From Octopus sinensis (taxonomy: Eukaryota), in contig NC_043012.1 in the NCBI RefSeq assembly GCF_006345805.1, positions 30,690,001 through 30,754,000 of the forward strand: a stretch of 64,000 nucleotides of DNA. Reading direction: 5' to 3'. The notes under the pieces are model-generated. The model had not been told where the DNA came from. It did not search any database and saw only the letters and a list, made by a program, of their open reading frames with translations. Positions 27,517 through 39,949 of the stretch are shown piece after piece. A program made the position numbers and the translations under genes. Position 1 is the stretch's first letter; each line of letters opens with the position of its first letter.

Positions 27517-27519
<3 letters not shown>
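27324..27519 (+). mobile_element. R4/Dong-clade 3' end, 5'-truncated, in (TAA)n
   Basis: KTPGLTNTYNIQKIALLGTAHILRRTLSIQ* plus 3' UTR; (TAA)n on both sides. Confidence 0.85.
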
Positions 27520-27587
<68 letters not shown>

Positions 27588-27589
<2 letters not shown>

Positions 27590-28200
27590 GGGCTTATACT
27601 GGGTATAATAAGGGCAGGAGTAGCAAGATTATACCTACCTAGAAAGGCGGAAGAGGGTCAATATCAGTAGAAGACTGTGTGGAGTTAGCTTGAATAGATA
27701 TAGACACCTGTGTAGGTAACAGTGAAGACGGTTTATTGAGAGCTGCTAGAGTCACAGGAAGGCATAAGGAAACCAAGGACCCAAACGAACTTAAAACCAG
27801 AAAAAAGAACAGAAATTATCTGACTGGCAGGAGAAAGCGTTGCAGGGTAGATTCCCAAAGATACTTGCCGAAAGTAATTGTAGTGAGACATAGTTATGGT
27901 TGCAGAAAGGAAAGCCGAAGAGGGAGACAGAAAGTTTGTTAGTAGTTGCACAGGATCAAGCATTAAAGACTAACTGGATAAAAGCCATGATAGACTAAAA
28001 CCAAATAGATTCCCAATGTAGATTATGCGAATCAAAAGAGAAAAGCGTCACTCACATAGTAAGTGAATGCAGCATGCTTGCACAGGAATTAGTACAAGAC
28101 ATGACAACCTAGGGAGAGTAATCCACTGGGAGCTATGTAGAACGCTAGGATTTAAACACACTGATAAATGGTATGAACATGAACCTGGTAAAGCGCTAGA
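27588..28200 (+). mobile_element. R4/Dong-clade post-RT region with CCHC knuckle, decayed
   Basis: RLYLPRKGGRG..ETESLLVVAQDQALKT..CRLCESKEKSVTHIVSECSMLAQ..RHDNLGRVIHWELC..WYEHEP (with frameshifts and stops). Confidence 0.85.
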
Positions 28201-28339
28201 AATGAGAGAATGAAATATAACGATATAACACAAGCATGTACACACACATATATAGAAACATATGAAATGAGATTTCTACCAACAAATGAATTATGAGAAT
28301 GAACTTTAGGAGAATGATGAGTGAATTGTTGAAACAGTA

Positions 28340-29011
28340 AGGAACTTAGGGTCGGAAATTTGGAGATGAGTAAGTTCAACATAACAGGGAAATGGAAAAC
28401 AAAAAAAAATATATTACAGATGAGGAAATGAAAAAGATGCTTAAGAAAATAACAAATTGTAAAATACTTAGACCAGATGCTGCTAAGGGATTCTGCAGAG
28501 GAAAGACTGAGTTAATACAGAAGAACAATGAACGAAGAAGAGAGAGGTGAAGTCAGTAATAAAAGACTTTCCATTACTCTTGAAATTATTGACTGACCTC
28601 TTACCTGATGAAGTGTATAACTTTCTGTGGGAGTGGAATCTATTGCGAAATAGGTGTAGGAAGAAGTGAAAGGGAATTGCTAAGTTTCTGTGTATTGATA
28701 ACAGAATATCAATTGTATTAGGAATACGAAGGAACTTTGCTGTTGATCGGAGCGACTGTAAGAAAACGTACGATAGATCCACACTGTTGATTCTAGAATT
28801 GACAGAGGGCGCTCCGAGTCAATGAAATGATTTACAAGTTTATAGAACAAAACTGATGAGATTTTGGGAAATAGAATTAAAACGCAGCAGTAAAGGTGAT
28901 AAAGCACAGGATAATATTGCAAGGAAAAAGACGCTTCCATTACTTTTCATCATTGCTTTAATCCTTCTGATAAGCATGCTGAGAAAATCCAGGGTGAAAA
29001 TAACCCCCCAC

Positions 29012-29047
<36 letters not shown>

Positions 29048-29112
29048 ATAACCTTAAACAGTATGAAAAAAAGAAAACAAAACTGGATTCTCTGATCGAA
29101 ACAGCAATATTC
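28340..29112 (+). mobile_element. R4/Dong-clade RT fragment, decayed
   Basis: SDCKKTYD (cf. IDYKKAYD), PLLFIIALILLISMLRKS (cf. SPLLFxxALIPLS), IDNLKQYEKK..LDSLIET (cf. MDDLKLY); (TA)n sits just before the DD-like motif. Confidence 0.7.
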
Positions 29113-29182
29113 TTTAAAGTATCTGTCACCTTGCAAAGCTGTCTGGCGTCTGTTAATGGTGCTGCTGACACCAATTCTAGTA

Positions 29183-29225
<43 letters not shown>

Positions 29226-29833
29226 CCCCCGAAAATATTGGAAGTGAAAATCGCTGGTTATGATGACCTCGATAATTGGTATTAAATGATAAGAAACAAA
29301 ATGAGTCTAGAAAAATAAGTTAAAAAGGATAAGGGCACGATTAAGATGTGGGGTGACTCATTAAATGTCGTAATTAAAATATCAGAATCGAAATCTGAGC
29401 TTTGCAGTTGAAGTATTATTAGATTGGAAAGCCATAATAATGGAATATACCTCTAAATTCCTGTAATGAAGAAAGTATGGTTACGTCCATCACAGAACCC
29501 GGTGCCAGAGGAAGAGCATGGAGGGTTGGAATAGGTAGGCCTAAGGTGGACGAAATACTGTTTCACTACTTCCATTTATAGTTTGAATTCAAATGTCGAC
29601 AATGAGAGAATGAAATATAACGATATAACACAAGCATGTACACACACATATATAGAAACACGTGAACCCATTCACACACATACACACACACACATTTATG
29701 TTACGGATGGAAGTAATGCCTTTCATTCAAGCGTTTATGCGAGGAATTTATTGTTAGGAGAGAAACAAATAATGAAAAGGCAAAAAGAATTTCAGAAGAC
29801 AATACGAAGACATTACGATAGACAACCTTCAAG

Positions 29834-29877
<44 letters not shown>

Positions 29878-30347
29878 TACCAGAACTGGTGTCAGCAGCA
29901 CCATTAACAGAAGCCAGACAGCTTTGCAAGGTGACAGATACTTTAAACCAACCAACATGGCGGGTAGTCATTTATGTGACGATGTCATAAGCTAAATATA
30001 GAGTTTAGGAGATATACAATAATATCACGACGTGATATTGCGAAGTTGATTGCGGTATGGGGGTAGGGTGGGGTGGGGACTCAAAACGTGGAAGAGTAAA
30101 TATTCGCAGATTTTACTTCTTTTTCTCTCACTCGTTATGGAACTGTCAAAAGCACACACACACACACACACATACATACATGCACGCACGCACGCACCCC
30201 CCTCATACACACATGTACATACGAACACATATATGTTATACAATTCGCTGACATTGATGTGGATTGCTGCGTTTCTTCATGATTCTTGAATCATAATCTT
30301 TGGGGGTTCTTGATGAAAATGTTCATGACTTGAGAGACGCAACAAGA

Positions 30348-30393
<46 letters not shown>

Positions 30394-30864
30394 GGGTGGG
30401 TGAGATGAAGAAAAAAACATTGGGTGAAGCTGGATGTATTGAAAGGTTTGGTATTTTGTTAGATCAGACCCGTCACACAATGCCAACATACAAGAAATGT
30501 GATCTTTTTGCCGCTGTCCAAACTTATCCGAGGAGAGTTCGTTAGAAAACATTCGATCAATGTTTGAAAACCAGCGCTGTTTTTCAAACGGAGTGGGCAT
30601 GCGGGAATCTAAACTGAAATAATCTCTTCACTAGATGTATGAATGTTTTTAAACAGTTAGGTTAGTACTCCAATATTGGGTAACATGTGAGAAAAACATA
30701 TCAGGAAAAGTTTTCAACACATTACACAGATATCATAATCATCCAGATCGCCAAAGCACATTTTTATTATCGAAAATATCTAATCCTTAATTCAAACCAA
30801 CGAAGTGAGTGGGACTTTGGAACATGGTAGAATCATCAGAGAGCTGGACAGAATGCAGTATTTG

Positions 30865-31008
30865 TGCCGACAGAGACACAATGAGTTCAATTCAAGCCAA
30901 GATGAGCGGCAAAATTGATCGCAGCAGGATTTGAACCCAGAACCTACAAAGCCAGGATGAGTATGGCGGTCAAATAGTTTTACCAGCCCACCGCCTTTTT
31001 CATAACAA
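30865..31008 (-). mobile_element. SINE family B head, diverged
   Basis: gatttgaacccagaacc..ccagcccaccgcctt. Confidence 0.55.
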
Positions 31009-31349
31009 CGTTGATTTATATCAACACAAAATAAAATCATGTTTCTGTGTTTACCAATTTATCTATCCTTATTTTTGTATGCGCTTAACCCACATCTGAG
31101 AATTTTCAACCTGGTTTTCGTTCGGCCTGTCTGTATATCTGACTGTTTCTCTTTCTTTCTCTCTTTCTTTCTCCCCCTCTCTCTATTTAAATATATCCAT
31201 ACATCTCATTTTTTTCCTATGTTTAATCTATACATACTCACTACGGTAACATACTCACTACGGCTTTGTATGTTCTTGTGTACGTATGTTTATATATATA
31301 CACACACACACACACATATATATACATACACACACACACACACACACAC

Positions 31350-31388
<39 letters not shown>

Positions 31389-32499
31389 GGGTATGTATAT
31401 ATACGTGTTTTTGTATTTATATACATACATACGCATGCGAACACATGCACAATGCACACACGTAGTAGTGCATGTGTGCTTGCTTCAGTGTGTTTCCGTT
31501 TGAGCGTCTAGGAGTGTATATAAATGAATGTGTATAAATAAGTGTATATAAATATGTGATTGAGTGTATGTGTGTGTGTGTTCATCTGGAAGCGTTTCAA
31601 AAGTCTTCAATTGCTAAATGCTCGTTTGAAGGTCCCGATATTTTGCGAATGGAATGTCGATCTTCATCTACTTAAACTGATTGCATCTCCACTTCTATTT
31701 GTTCAACCATTTCAGACCTTACCCTACCTTTCACAGATTGCACATATCTTATCGTCGTCGTCATCATCATCATCATCATCATCACTGTTCTTTCTGTTGT
31801 ATTAATTGTAATGCTTACTATCATTGTGAAGCTGAGTGCAGCTTTGTGTACCTTGCTTTGGTGCGATGGTTTGTCTTGGTGCTGTATTTTCTATGAAATT
31901 GCAAGCCTCAGAGTATGGAAGCTACAACACCTTTATTCCCATCGAGAGTGCCTTAAACTACTAACTGCAACCTCCACGTATTTCGATAGTTCTGGTGTTT
32001 AAAACTTTGCGGCTAAACTAAAATAAAATTTTCTTTGACTCCAGCTTTTGAGTTCTCCGCCTCTTGCCCGTTGTTTCAATTATAGTTTGTACGTTGCGCA
32101 CATTTATAAACTCCGGAGATTTATGAAGTTGTCTGTCCGTATTTTTCTCTTTTTGACCTTTCAGTGCAACTGTTATTACAGAGATTATTTCTGTTTTCAT
32201 TCCTTCACATTTTGGTTATCGCTATTTCAAGATATTTATATTTGGATAACTTCTCCAATTCTTTGAGAGATACGTTTGTTAGGGCTGGTATCTCTGGCAG
32301 TCATAGACAATATCCAGTTGATTGACCTCCAGTTCCCTGCTTGTGGGAATTGATATATCTCAAAGTATGAAAGCCCACAACCCTGTCATGGTTGTAGATT
32401 TATCTTCTGATGGCTGTGGCCAGCCGAGGCAGTTCCTTAACGCTATTGTTTTCATATTCCTCTTGAAGACATTACTTTTATTTCCATTCATTTTGAAAA

Positions 32500-32788
32500 T
32501 AATGAGGAACTTAGTTCAATAACTTTGTCCTAATTAAGTTGGTGTCTGGAAAATAAATCATGAAATTGTGATGGAAGGAATCAATTTAGATCTATTTAAC
32601 GCTTTTGTTTCCGTATTTTTGGTGAATCACACTGATTTTGTTTCAATTGATTTTAAAAATAAAGAGGTTATTAAAATATTAAACTGGTACTGGAACAAAT
32701 TTACATAAACATTTGAGAGTTTTAATTTAAATCACTTTAATATGGAAACTGGGGTTGATTCCAGACGGGCTGGTATCGAAAGGGTTAA
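32500..32788. mobile_element. Possible TTAA-type (piggyBac-like) MITE end
   Basis: Ends ..ggctggtatcgaaagggTTAA, the CCC/GGG plus TTAA terminus; partner end not identified. Confidence 0.35.
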
Positions 32789-32849
32789 ACGGTTTGCATT
32801 CCTCCTCTATGTATTTTGAAATTACTTAATGTTTTCTGCTTCATTATAT

Positions 32850-34200
32850 TCTTAATGGATTTGATGATGAAATCTTTGGATCCTGTGCCGAAATCAAATA
32901 TTTTTCAACTTCCTCTTTGACTTTTGCTCATCGCAGTCGGTGTAAAAGATTGCTCATTGTCTATTTCGCCTGATTCCTTTTGTTTCTTTTTTAAGAATTG
33001 GCCATGTAGGGTTTTTTCTTGCTATCGTTTTCGCATGGCATTCTGTAGCACTATTTTTAGTTCAGATTTTTGTCTTTTTTTCTCATTTTCTGTTGCCGTT
33101 TCTCTGTTCCTCTCCCGACTGTCTGTCATTTCAGCCGCTGATTTATATTTGTCGGCTTCCTTGAAGACAGAAAAACATTATTTTTTATATATTTTGCTCA
33201 GGTTTTGCAGCAGTCGCTAATAATTTCCCCATTATTCTTTACCAGATATTTTTTCAGTCCTGCTGTAGATATTTAAGAATAGATTTCTTGCTGCAGAATC
33301 CCCTATCTTCCTGTATACGCGATAAATATAATCTTTCTGTGTCAGGTTTTGGCTGGTGTATTCTAACTACAGATATTATTTGCTTTGTTTTTCCGACTAG
33401 TTTTTATTATTTCACTGAACGCCTACTTGAGAGTATAATAACTCTTACTTATTACTGATACAGCTGTAGTGTTAATGTTTATGAAATTACATTTTCAACT
33501 TATGTTTTAAGAACTACTCTAATGAATCTGTAATATTCTGTCATGGCCTTTCCTTTCATTTGTGTGCGCTTTCCTATTATATATTTCATTTATTTCCTAT
33601 TTTGTAAATCTGTATTTCACTTAATCCTCTAATCAGTCTTTCTTTAATCAATATGACATCAGTGATCTCAATTAGTTTTCCTCTCTTCGAAGATATTATG
33701 GCGCATTTTCCAAAGTAAATCTGATTTGAATTCTTTTAGTAAATCTTTACTTTATCTGCAGCAGTGTTTCACATTGTTTATCATGTGAAACGTACAGCTT
33801 GAGATTGTCAAAATACAAAAGATGGTCATTTGTCCATATTTTCCTATAGCATTCCTACCCAAATCCAATCTGGTTTAGTATGTTAGTTGAAGGGATTAAT
33901 CTCAAATAGAATTTGAATGGAGAGGGAGAGAGTTCGCTTCTATAGGCTTCTTTTATTGGAGAAAGGATTAGATATTATACTGTTCACAGTTTGTCTATAT
34001 CTACAGATTTGTTTGCTATTTCCATCGTATTAAAAGTTCTACTTTATGAATGATTAAAGTTTCCATTCTGCCCTTCCCGGTAACGCCATCAAATGCCTTC
34101 CAGTTATCACTCCATGCTCTGCTTGGACACTTATTTCTCCCCCTAAATTGTTCACTTGACCACTAATTGCTCTTAACAACCATATGACTGATTGTCATTT
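32850..34200 (-). mobile_element. Old R4/Dong-clade RT plus downstream region, heavily decayed
   Basis: Minus motifs RAWSDNWKAFDGV..METLIIHKV; LSPSPFKFYLRLIP; DHLLYFDNLKLY; KCAIISSKRGKL; QEKTLHGQF; LISAQDP. Confidence 0.7.
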
Positions 34201-35487
34201 CATCACTGATGGACACACACAAGCCTCTGTCCCACAGATGTGCTCTGTCCTATTTCTGTCTTTTCTATCGCTACTATAATAGCCTCTGTTTTTCAGAGCT
34301 GCATGGTCTCCTACCACTGCCACTCAGATATTTCTAACCCATTCATCTCGCCACCACTCTTCGCCCTTGCTGCGTCCAGCCCCAGCATCACCTACCCACT
34401 AATCCCAGTACTTTCTCTCCAAAACATCGTCCCCTTCAGAATATTCTTTCTGCTCCTGTGTTTCCTGAAAATGTTGACCTCTATCAGAATAAACAGAGCA
34501 TAAGACATCAACCTTCCGGATCTTGAAGGGTCTGCAAATGTAATGGGCACTACCCCTTTCTCAAGATTCAGCAAGTAAAAATACGTCAGGCCCTTTGCTT
34601 CAACCTTTTTCTTCTTTTGGAAATGACCATTTTATGTCAGCAGGTATTTATTTATCTTCTGTTACAATATTTCAGTTCGGCTCTGTATGCTGAAAACAGG
34701 CAGATTAAGAGCCTATAGATTGTTGGGTGTGTCGTTTCTTTAATCTTTGAGATTAAGATAGATTTCTACACAGAGAGGTAATCAGCGGTTGTCTAAGGTT
34801 CAGTTCCGTATTAAGTATTTCCGTTTGCACCCACCTTATATGTCCTGTAAATATTATATCCACAAATGGCTGATATTATCAAACCCATGGTGCTTTCCGT
34901 TTGTTTATTTTGGTAACGTCTGCGTTACTTGCTGTGCTGATAAGGCCTTCTGCGATTGTTCAGGTGTTCTCTCGGTTGTCTTGCATAACATCGCTGATTA
35001 TATTTCTCTTCATCTCATTTCTCCCATTCTTCCTGTTGCTGCTGCTGCATTCATTGCAGCCATCGACAGCAAACCCTCATAGATTTTAGTCGGCAGCATT
35101 AAGCTCAATTCAGTTAGGAATCTTTTTTTTTCTTTTCGGAATTAATCATGCAAGTGTAGCATGTAGAATATGAATGAAATTAATGTGTTCATTGTTTCTT
35201 TTTCAGATCTTTAAAAAAAATGTCTCATTCTTGGTTCGAGGAAAATATCCGCAGGAATAAAAGTCTGGGCCCCGATGAGTTGTAACTGTACAAGATAAAG
35301 GCCTTTCACAGGCTAGATTTCCTTCAGGATCCTAAGAGCTTTTGCTAAATATTTCACCCTTAAAATATTGTACGATTTGCTTCTGCTGGAACAGCCGTAA
35401 GCCTAGGAATCGATCATGGCCGATTCGAAAGAATGAATCACTCATAGCTTACACCATGAACACCTACCTACCTACTTACCTACCTAT

Positions 35488-35646
35488 GCAGGTGTGGGTG
35501 TGTTGTAAGTAGCTTGCTTACCAATTACATGGCTCCGGGTTCACTCCCACTGCGTGGCACCTTGGGCAAGTGTCTTCTTCTATAGCCTCGGGCCGACCAA
35601 AGCCTTGTGAGTAGATTTAATAGACGGAAACTGAAAGAAGCCCATC

Positions 35647-35726
<80 letters not shown>

Positions 35727-35970
35727 GTGTGTGTGCGTGTGTGTGTGTGTATGTTAGTTTGTCTGTGTTCGTCCCCTCACCATCACTTGACAACAGATGT
35801 TGGTGTGTTTAAGTCCCCGTAACCTAGCGGTTCGGCAAAAGATGCCGATAGGACAAGCTCTAGGCTTACAAAGAATAACTCCTGGGGTCGACTTGTTCGA
35901 CTAAAGGCGGTGCTCCCGTCAAATGACTGCAACATGGCCGCAGTCAAATGACAAACAACTAAAATAAAAA
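35488..35970 (+). mobile_element. SINE family A, full length, with internal (TA)n(TG)n
   Basis: tRNA-like head (ccgggttcactccca), body ccttgggcaagtgtcttc..gacggaaactgaaagaagccc, tail ggcggtgc..catggccgcagtcaaatgac..aaataaaaa. Confidence 0.9.
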
Positions 35971-36469
35971 ACACACACACACACATACATATATATGTTT
36001 GTTTTTATGTTCAGTTGTAATAAAAACAATTTTACATGAATCTGAAAGGTTACTCTATAGTTTTGCGGAGTTCAAATTTAATTTTCTTTAACAATAGCAT
36101 TGAGAGTGACTTCGAAGTTTTGACCAGCCAACCCATCATCGGACTATCTTATATGCATGTATGTACATATTAAACATTAGACCATAAACACAATACACGC
36201 ACACATAAAGGATAGCTCACTTACACACACTGGCAGAAACAAAAGCAACATAGACATCGCATACATATACACATTGCTTACACATGTACATGCCACATAC
36301 ACTTTGCATAGCCGTGCAGAGCACACACGCTCGCGCGCACTCACAAGTACCTCCTCGTTTCATTCGACCTCTCCCATTTGTTTTCCATTTGTTTCTTATA
36401 TTCTTATATCTGTCACTACTACACAGCTTCATCTTCATGCGCTGCGCCACACTTTTATTCTCTTCTCTT

Positions 36470-36503
36470 ATATGTATATATATATATGTGTGTATGTGTG
36501 TGC

Positions 36504-36554
<51 letters not shown>

Positions 36555-36604
36555 GGTGTATATATATATATATATATATATATGTGTATATATATATATG
36601 TGTG

Positions 36605-36635
<31 letters not shown>

Positions 36636-36685
36636 GTGTGTGTATATATATATACATAGATGCAGAGACGACGGCGCCATATATA

Positions 36686-36739
<54 letters not shown>

Positions 36740-36783
36740 TATATAAATATATATATGGCGCCGTCGTCTCTGCATCTATGTAT
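36470..36783. repeat. (TA/TG)n array ending in a ~132-bp palindrome
   Basis: Arms 36652-36678 and 36757-36783 are exact reverse complements around a (TA)n core. Confidence 0.9.
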
Positions 36784-36839
36784 CTACTCCACAAGTATTT
36801 CCATTCTCTTCCCGCAAGTAGATTCCCCCGCCTCACATT

Positions 36840-36880
<41 letters not shown>

Positions 36881-37123
36881 ACCACATTCCCAATATCATA
36901 CAACAATCCACGTTCAGCATTCAGTTTCGCTAATTCTGCAGAAATGAAGGAAAACTGTTTTTCGCGGATAAGAAATGTTCGCAGCCAATTCTCCCCTGCT
37001 GTAGATTAGAACAGATGCACCCACAAGCAGACGGGTAGCAGCAACTCTGCACATCGTGTACATAAAACTGATTACACCTTTTACTCCAGTGTACTGGTGC
37101 CGATATTAGAATAGTTGTAGGTT

Positions 37124-37190
<67 letters not shown>

Positions 37191-37327
37191 TATATAAATA
37201 ATATGTTACAATTACTCAACAGTCAAGATAAAACTCTGAGTTCAGATACCGAAGTGGAAATCCACAACACCATCTCTTCGGTTATCTGGCCATCTATATA
37301 TATATATATATATATATATAACAGGTC

Positions 37328-37361
<34 letters not shown>

Positions 37362-37394
37362 CGAGAGAGAAAGATAAATATATATATATAATAT

Positions 37395-37440
<46 letters not shown>

Positions 37441-37572
37441 AAGATAAATATATATATATATGCTGGTGGCAAATAAATTCTACGAAATTTTTTGCCACCC
37501 TATATTGATTAATTATATATATATATATATATTTATCTCTCTCTCTATGCACACACACATATATATATGCAT

Positions 37573-37607
<35 letters not shown>

Positions 37608-37880
37608 AACTGTACGTATACACATATATCAAGGTATGCAGGTATTTTTATATGTGTGTGTGTGTATTTACGTCTCTATGTATTTAAAAGTATTTTGCAG
37701 AATAAGGCCGGTGGAATGTTTCCACAGATAGACCATTGCATTACGTGGTTACACAGACACACACACGTACATACCGGTACACAGACACACATATACACAA
37801 GCGCATACACAGTCACGTACACACACACGTATACACAAGTATAGTTGTCCACGTGTGGATGTGTGTTCGTACGTGCGTGG

Positions 37881-37911
<31 letters not shown>

Positions 37912-38063
37912 AATATTATATATATATATATGCATACATACATGCACACACATATATGTATGTGTATCTGCAAAGAAGAGTGAGAGAAAGAGAGAGGGAA
38001 AGAGATAAGACCTATGTGCATGTAACCAAAGAGAAACATATATATATGTGTGTGTATATATAC

Positions 38064-38096
<33 letters not shown>

Positions 38097-38689
38097 TATA
38101 TACACACGTACGAACACACATCCACACGTGCACAACTATACTTGTAATATATATATATATATATATATATATCTACACATATATATACTACATATATTAC
38201 TTATATACATATATATATATATGTATATATATATTATATATACTTACGTGTGTATGTGTGTGTTTTTAGGTGTACGCGCGTATGTGTATATAGATAGATA
38301 CATCAAGGAATACGACGCTCCCCCCCCTTTGCAGAAGAGGCGAAGGAATTGCTGGCGTAAGGCAATAATTCTTCCACTGAAGCCATGATTCCACTGCATC
38401 AACATCGATGGGATGGCCATGCCTTGCAAATACCAGACCATCGGTTGCCAAAACTATTCTTTAATTCTGAGATGAGCGAGGAACAAAGTTTTAGGGTGAG
38501 GTGGGGATCACAAAAGGTGTTGTTAAAGATGTAATTAAAGAATATGGAACAAAAAGATAACATTAAACAATAAAATAAAAGTATCAATGTATAAGAGTGA
38601 AAACTATTATCGATCAACTGATACACATGGGTGTAGATCCTTTCTAACAGAACCCTAACAATATTTTGATACGGCCCGATTGATATCGC

Positions 38690-38900
38690 CGAACGATAAG
38701 TAAAACTAACAGGTCACATATCCGGGCCACCAGAACAATGCAATTCTCGAACAGGTGTCAAATGGACATCACCAGGAAAAGAGAGAGATGACACTGAAAA
38801 CTACGCGGCAAGTAAGATATAAGAACCGATATGAGAAAGGACAATATCACATGACCAGATATAGAAAAAAAAAACTGCCAACAGAGACCGTAAATTGACG
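38690..38900 (+). mobile_element. RTE-like LINE 3' remnant, interrupted by mariner
   Basis: LTGHISGPPEQ..KWTSPGKRER..DIRTDM..DIEKKTANRD resembles the RTE C-terminus GHxLR..WTPxGKRxRGRP..AQDR. Confidence 0.45.
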
Positions 38901-38903
38901 GTA

Positions 38904-39576
38904 CGAGGGGCGTTCAATAAGTAATGCCCCTGACCCACTTCCCATAGCAGTAGAGCAACGGCACTTGGCACAGTTATTAGTCTTTTCCTACATAGGAACT
39001 ACCCAGAGTTATGCATTTCTCCCATCGTTTGATACAGCTCTGGAGACCGTTTTTGTAGAAGACCCCAGCTTGGTCCTCCAACTACGACGTGACTTCAGAA
39101 ATCAAGGCTGCATCATCTGGGAAACGCTTTCCTTTCAAAATCAACTTCATGGCTGGGAAGAGGTGAAAATCATGGCAGCCTCAACTTGACGGACAGACGT
39201 CTCATCAACGGCAGAAGGGGGCGACCAGATCTGGGAGCTGTTTCCACAGAGTTCCGACTATGTTTGAATTCACAATGCCAGCGTTTTACAAGGTCATATG
39301 ATGGGGCATCATCACCATAAGTTACTTTCATTTCATCAAAAGTCTCCCGTGGTGTGCGTCCTTTCAAATACAAAAACCAGATCACTGCTCGACACTCAAC
39401 AGGCTCCATTTCACACTTGATTCAGTTCAAACACCTGTAAATCAGAAACCACAATTAGTTCAGAGCTGTAATTCGCCACTTAATCTATAGAGGTATAAAT
39501 AAGTGCACATGCAAAATTGCAGCTAGATCAAACAACTGCAAGTGGGTCAGGGGCATTACTTATTGAACGTCCCTCG
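38904..39576 (-). mobile_element. Internally deleted mariner element (673 bp)
   Basis: 37-bp TIRs cgaggggcgttcaataagtaatgcccctgacccactt (1 mismatch), TA at 38902-3 and 39577-8; N-terminal HTH MEPVECRAVIWFLYLKG..RSGRP joined to C-terminal DFHLFPAMKLILKGKRF..RWEKCI. Confidence 0.95.
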
Positions 39577-39949
39577 TACATTGAGCTGAAGAATACAGGA
39601 GCTAAATAGAACTGAAGTGAAAGCTACGTGAAGTTTCAAGTACAGAGACTCTTCTTTAGTGAAAGAACAAAAGCCTGATTTGCTATCGGAAACGTGTAGG
39701 ATCCAACATCAGTTTATGTTGGATGTGGGTTGACAGAAGCCTTTATAGGGCAATGATTATCGAGTCGGTGAGGCCAACAGAGAGGATGCGTTGTGGGAAC
39801 TTATTCAGACTGTTTGATCTGGCTGTGATCAACATTTATAGACATCGATGTAATAGAGAGACAAGGGACAGTTATATGTACGGGCAAATGCGGGACCAAT
39901 AAAATGTATCTTGCCATCTTCTGAACATACAACAACACCCATGTATATA

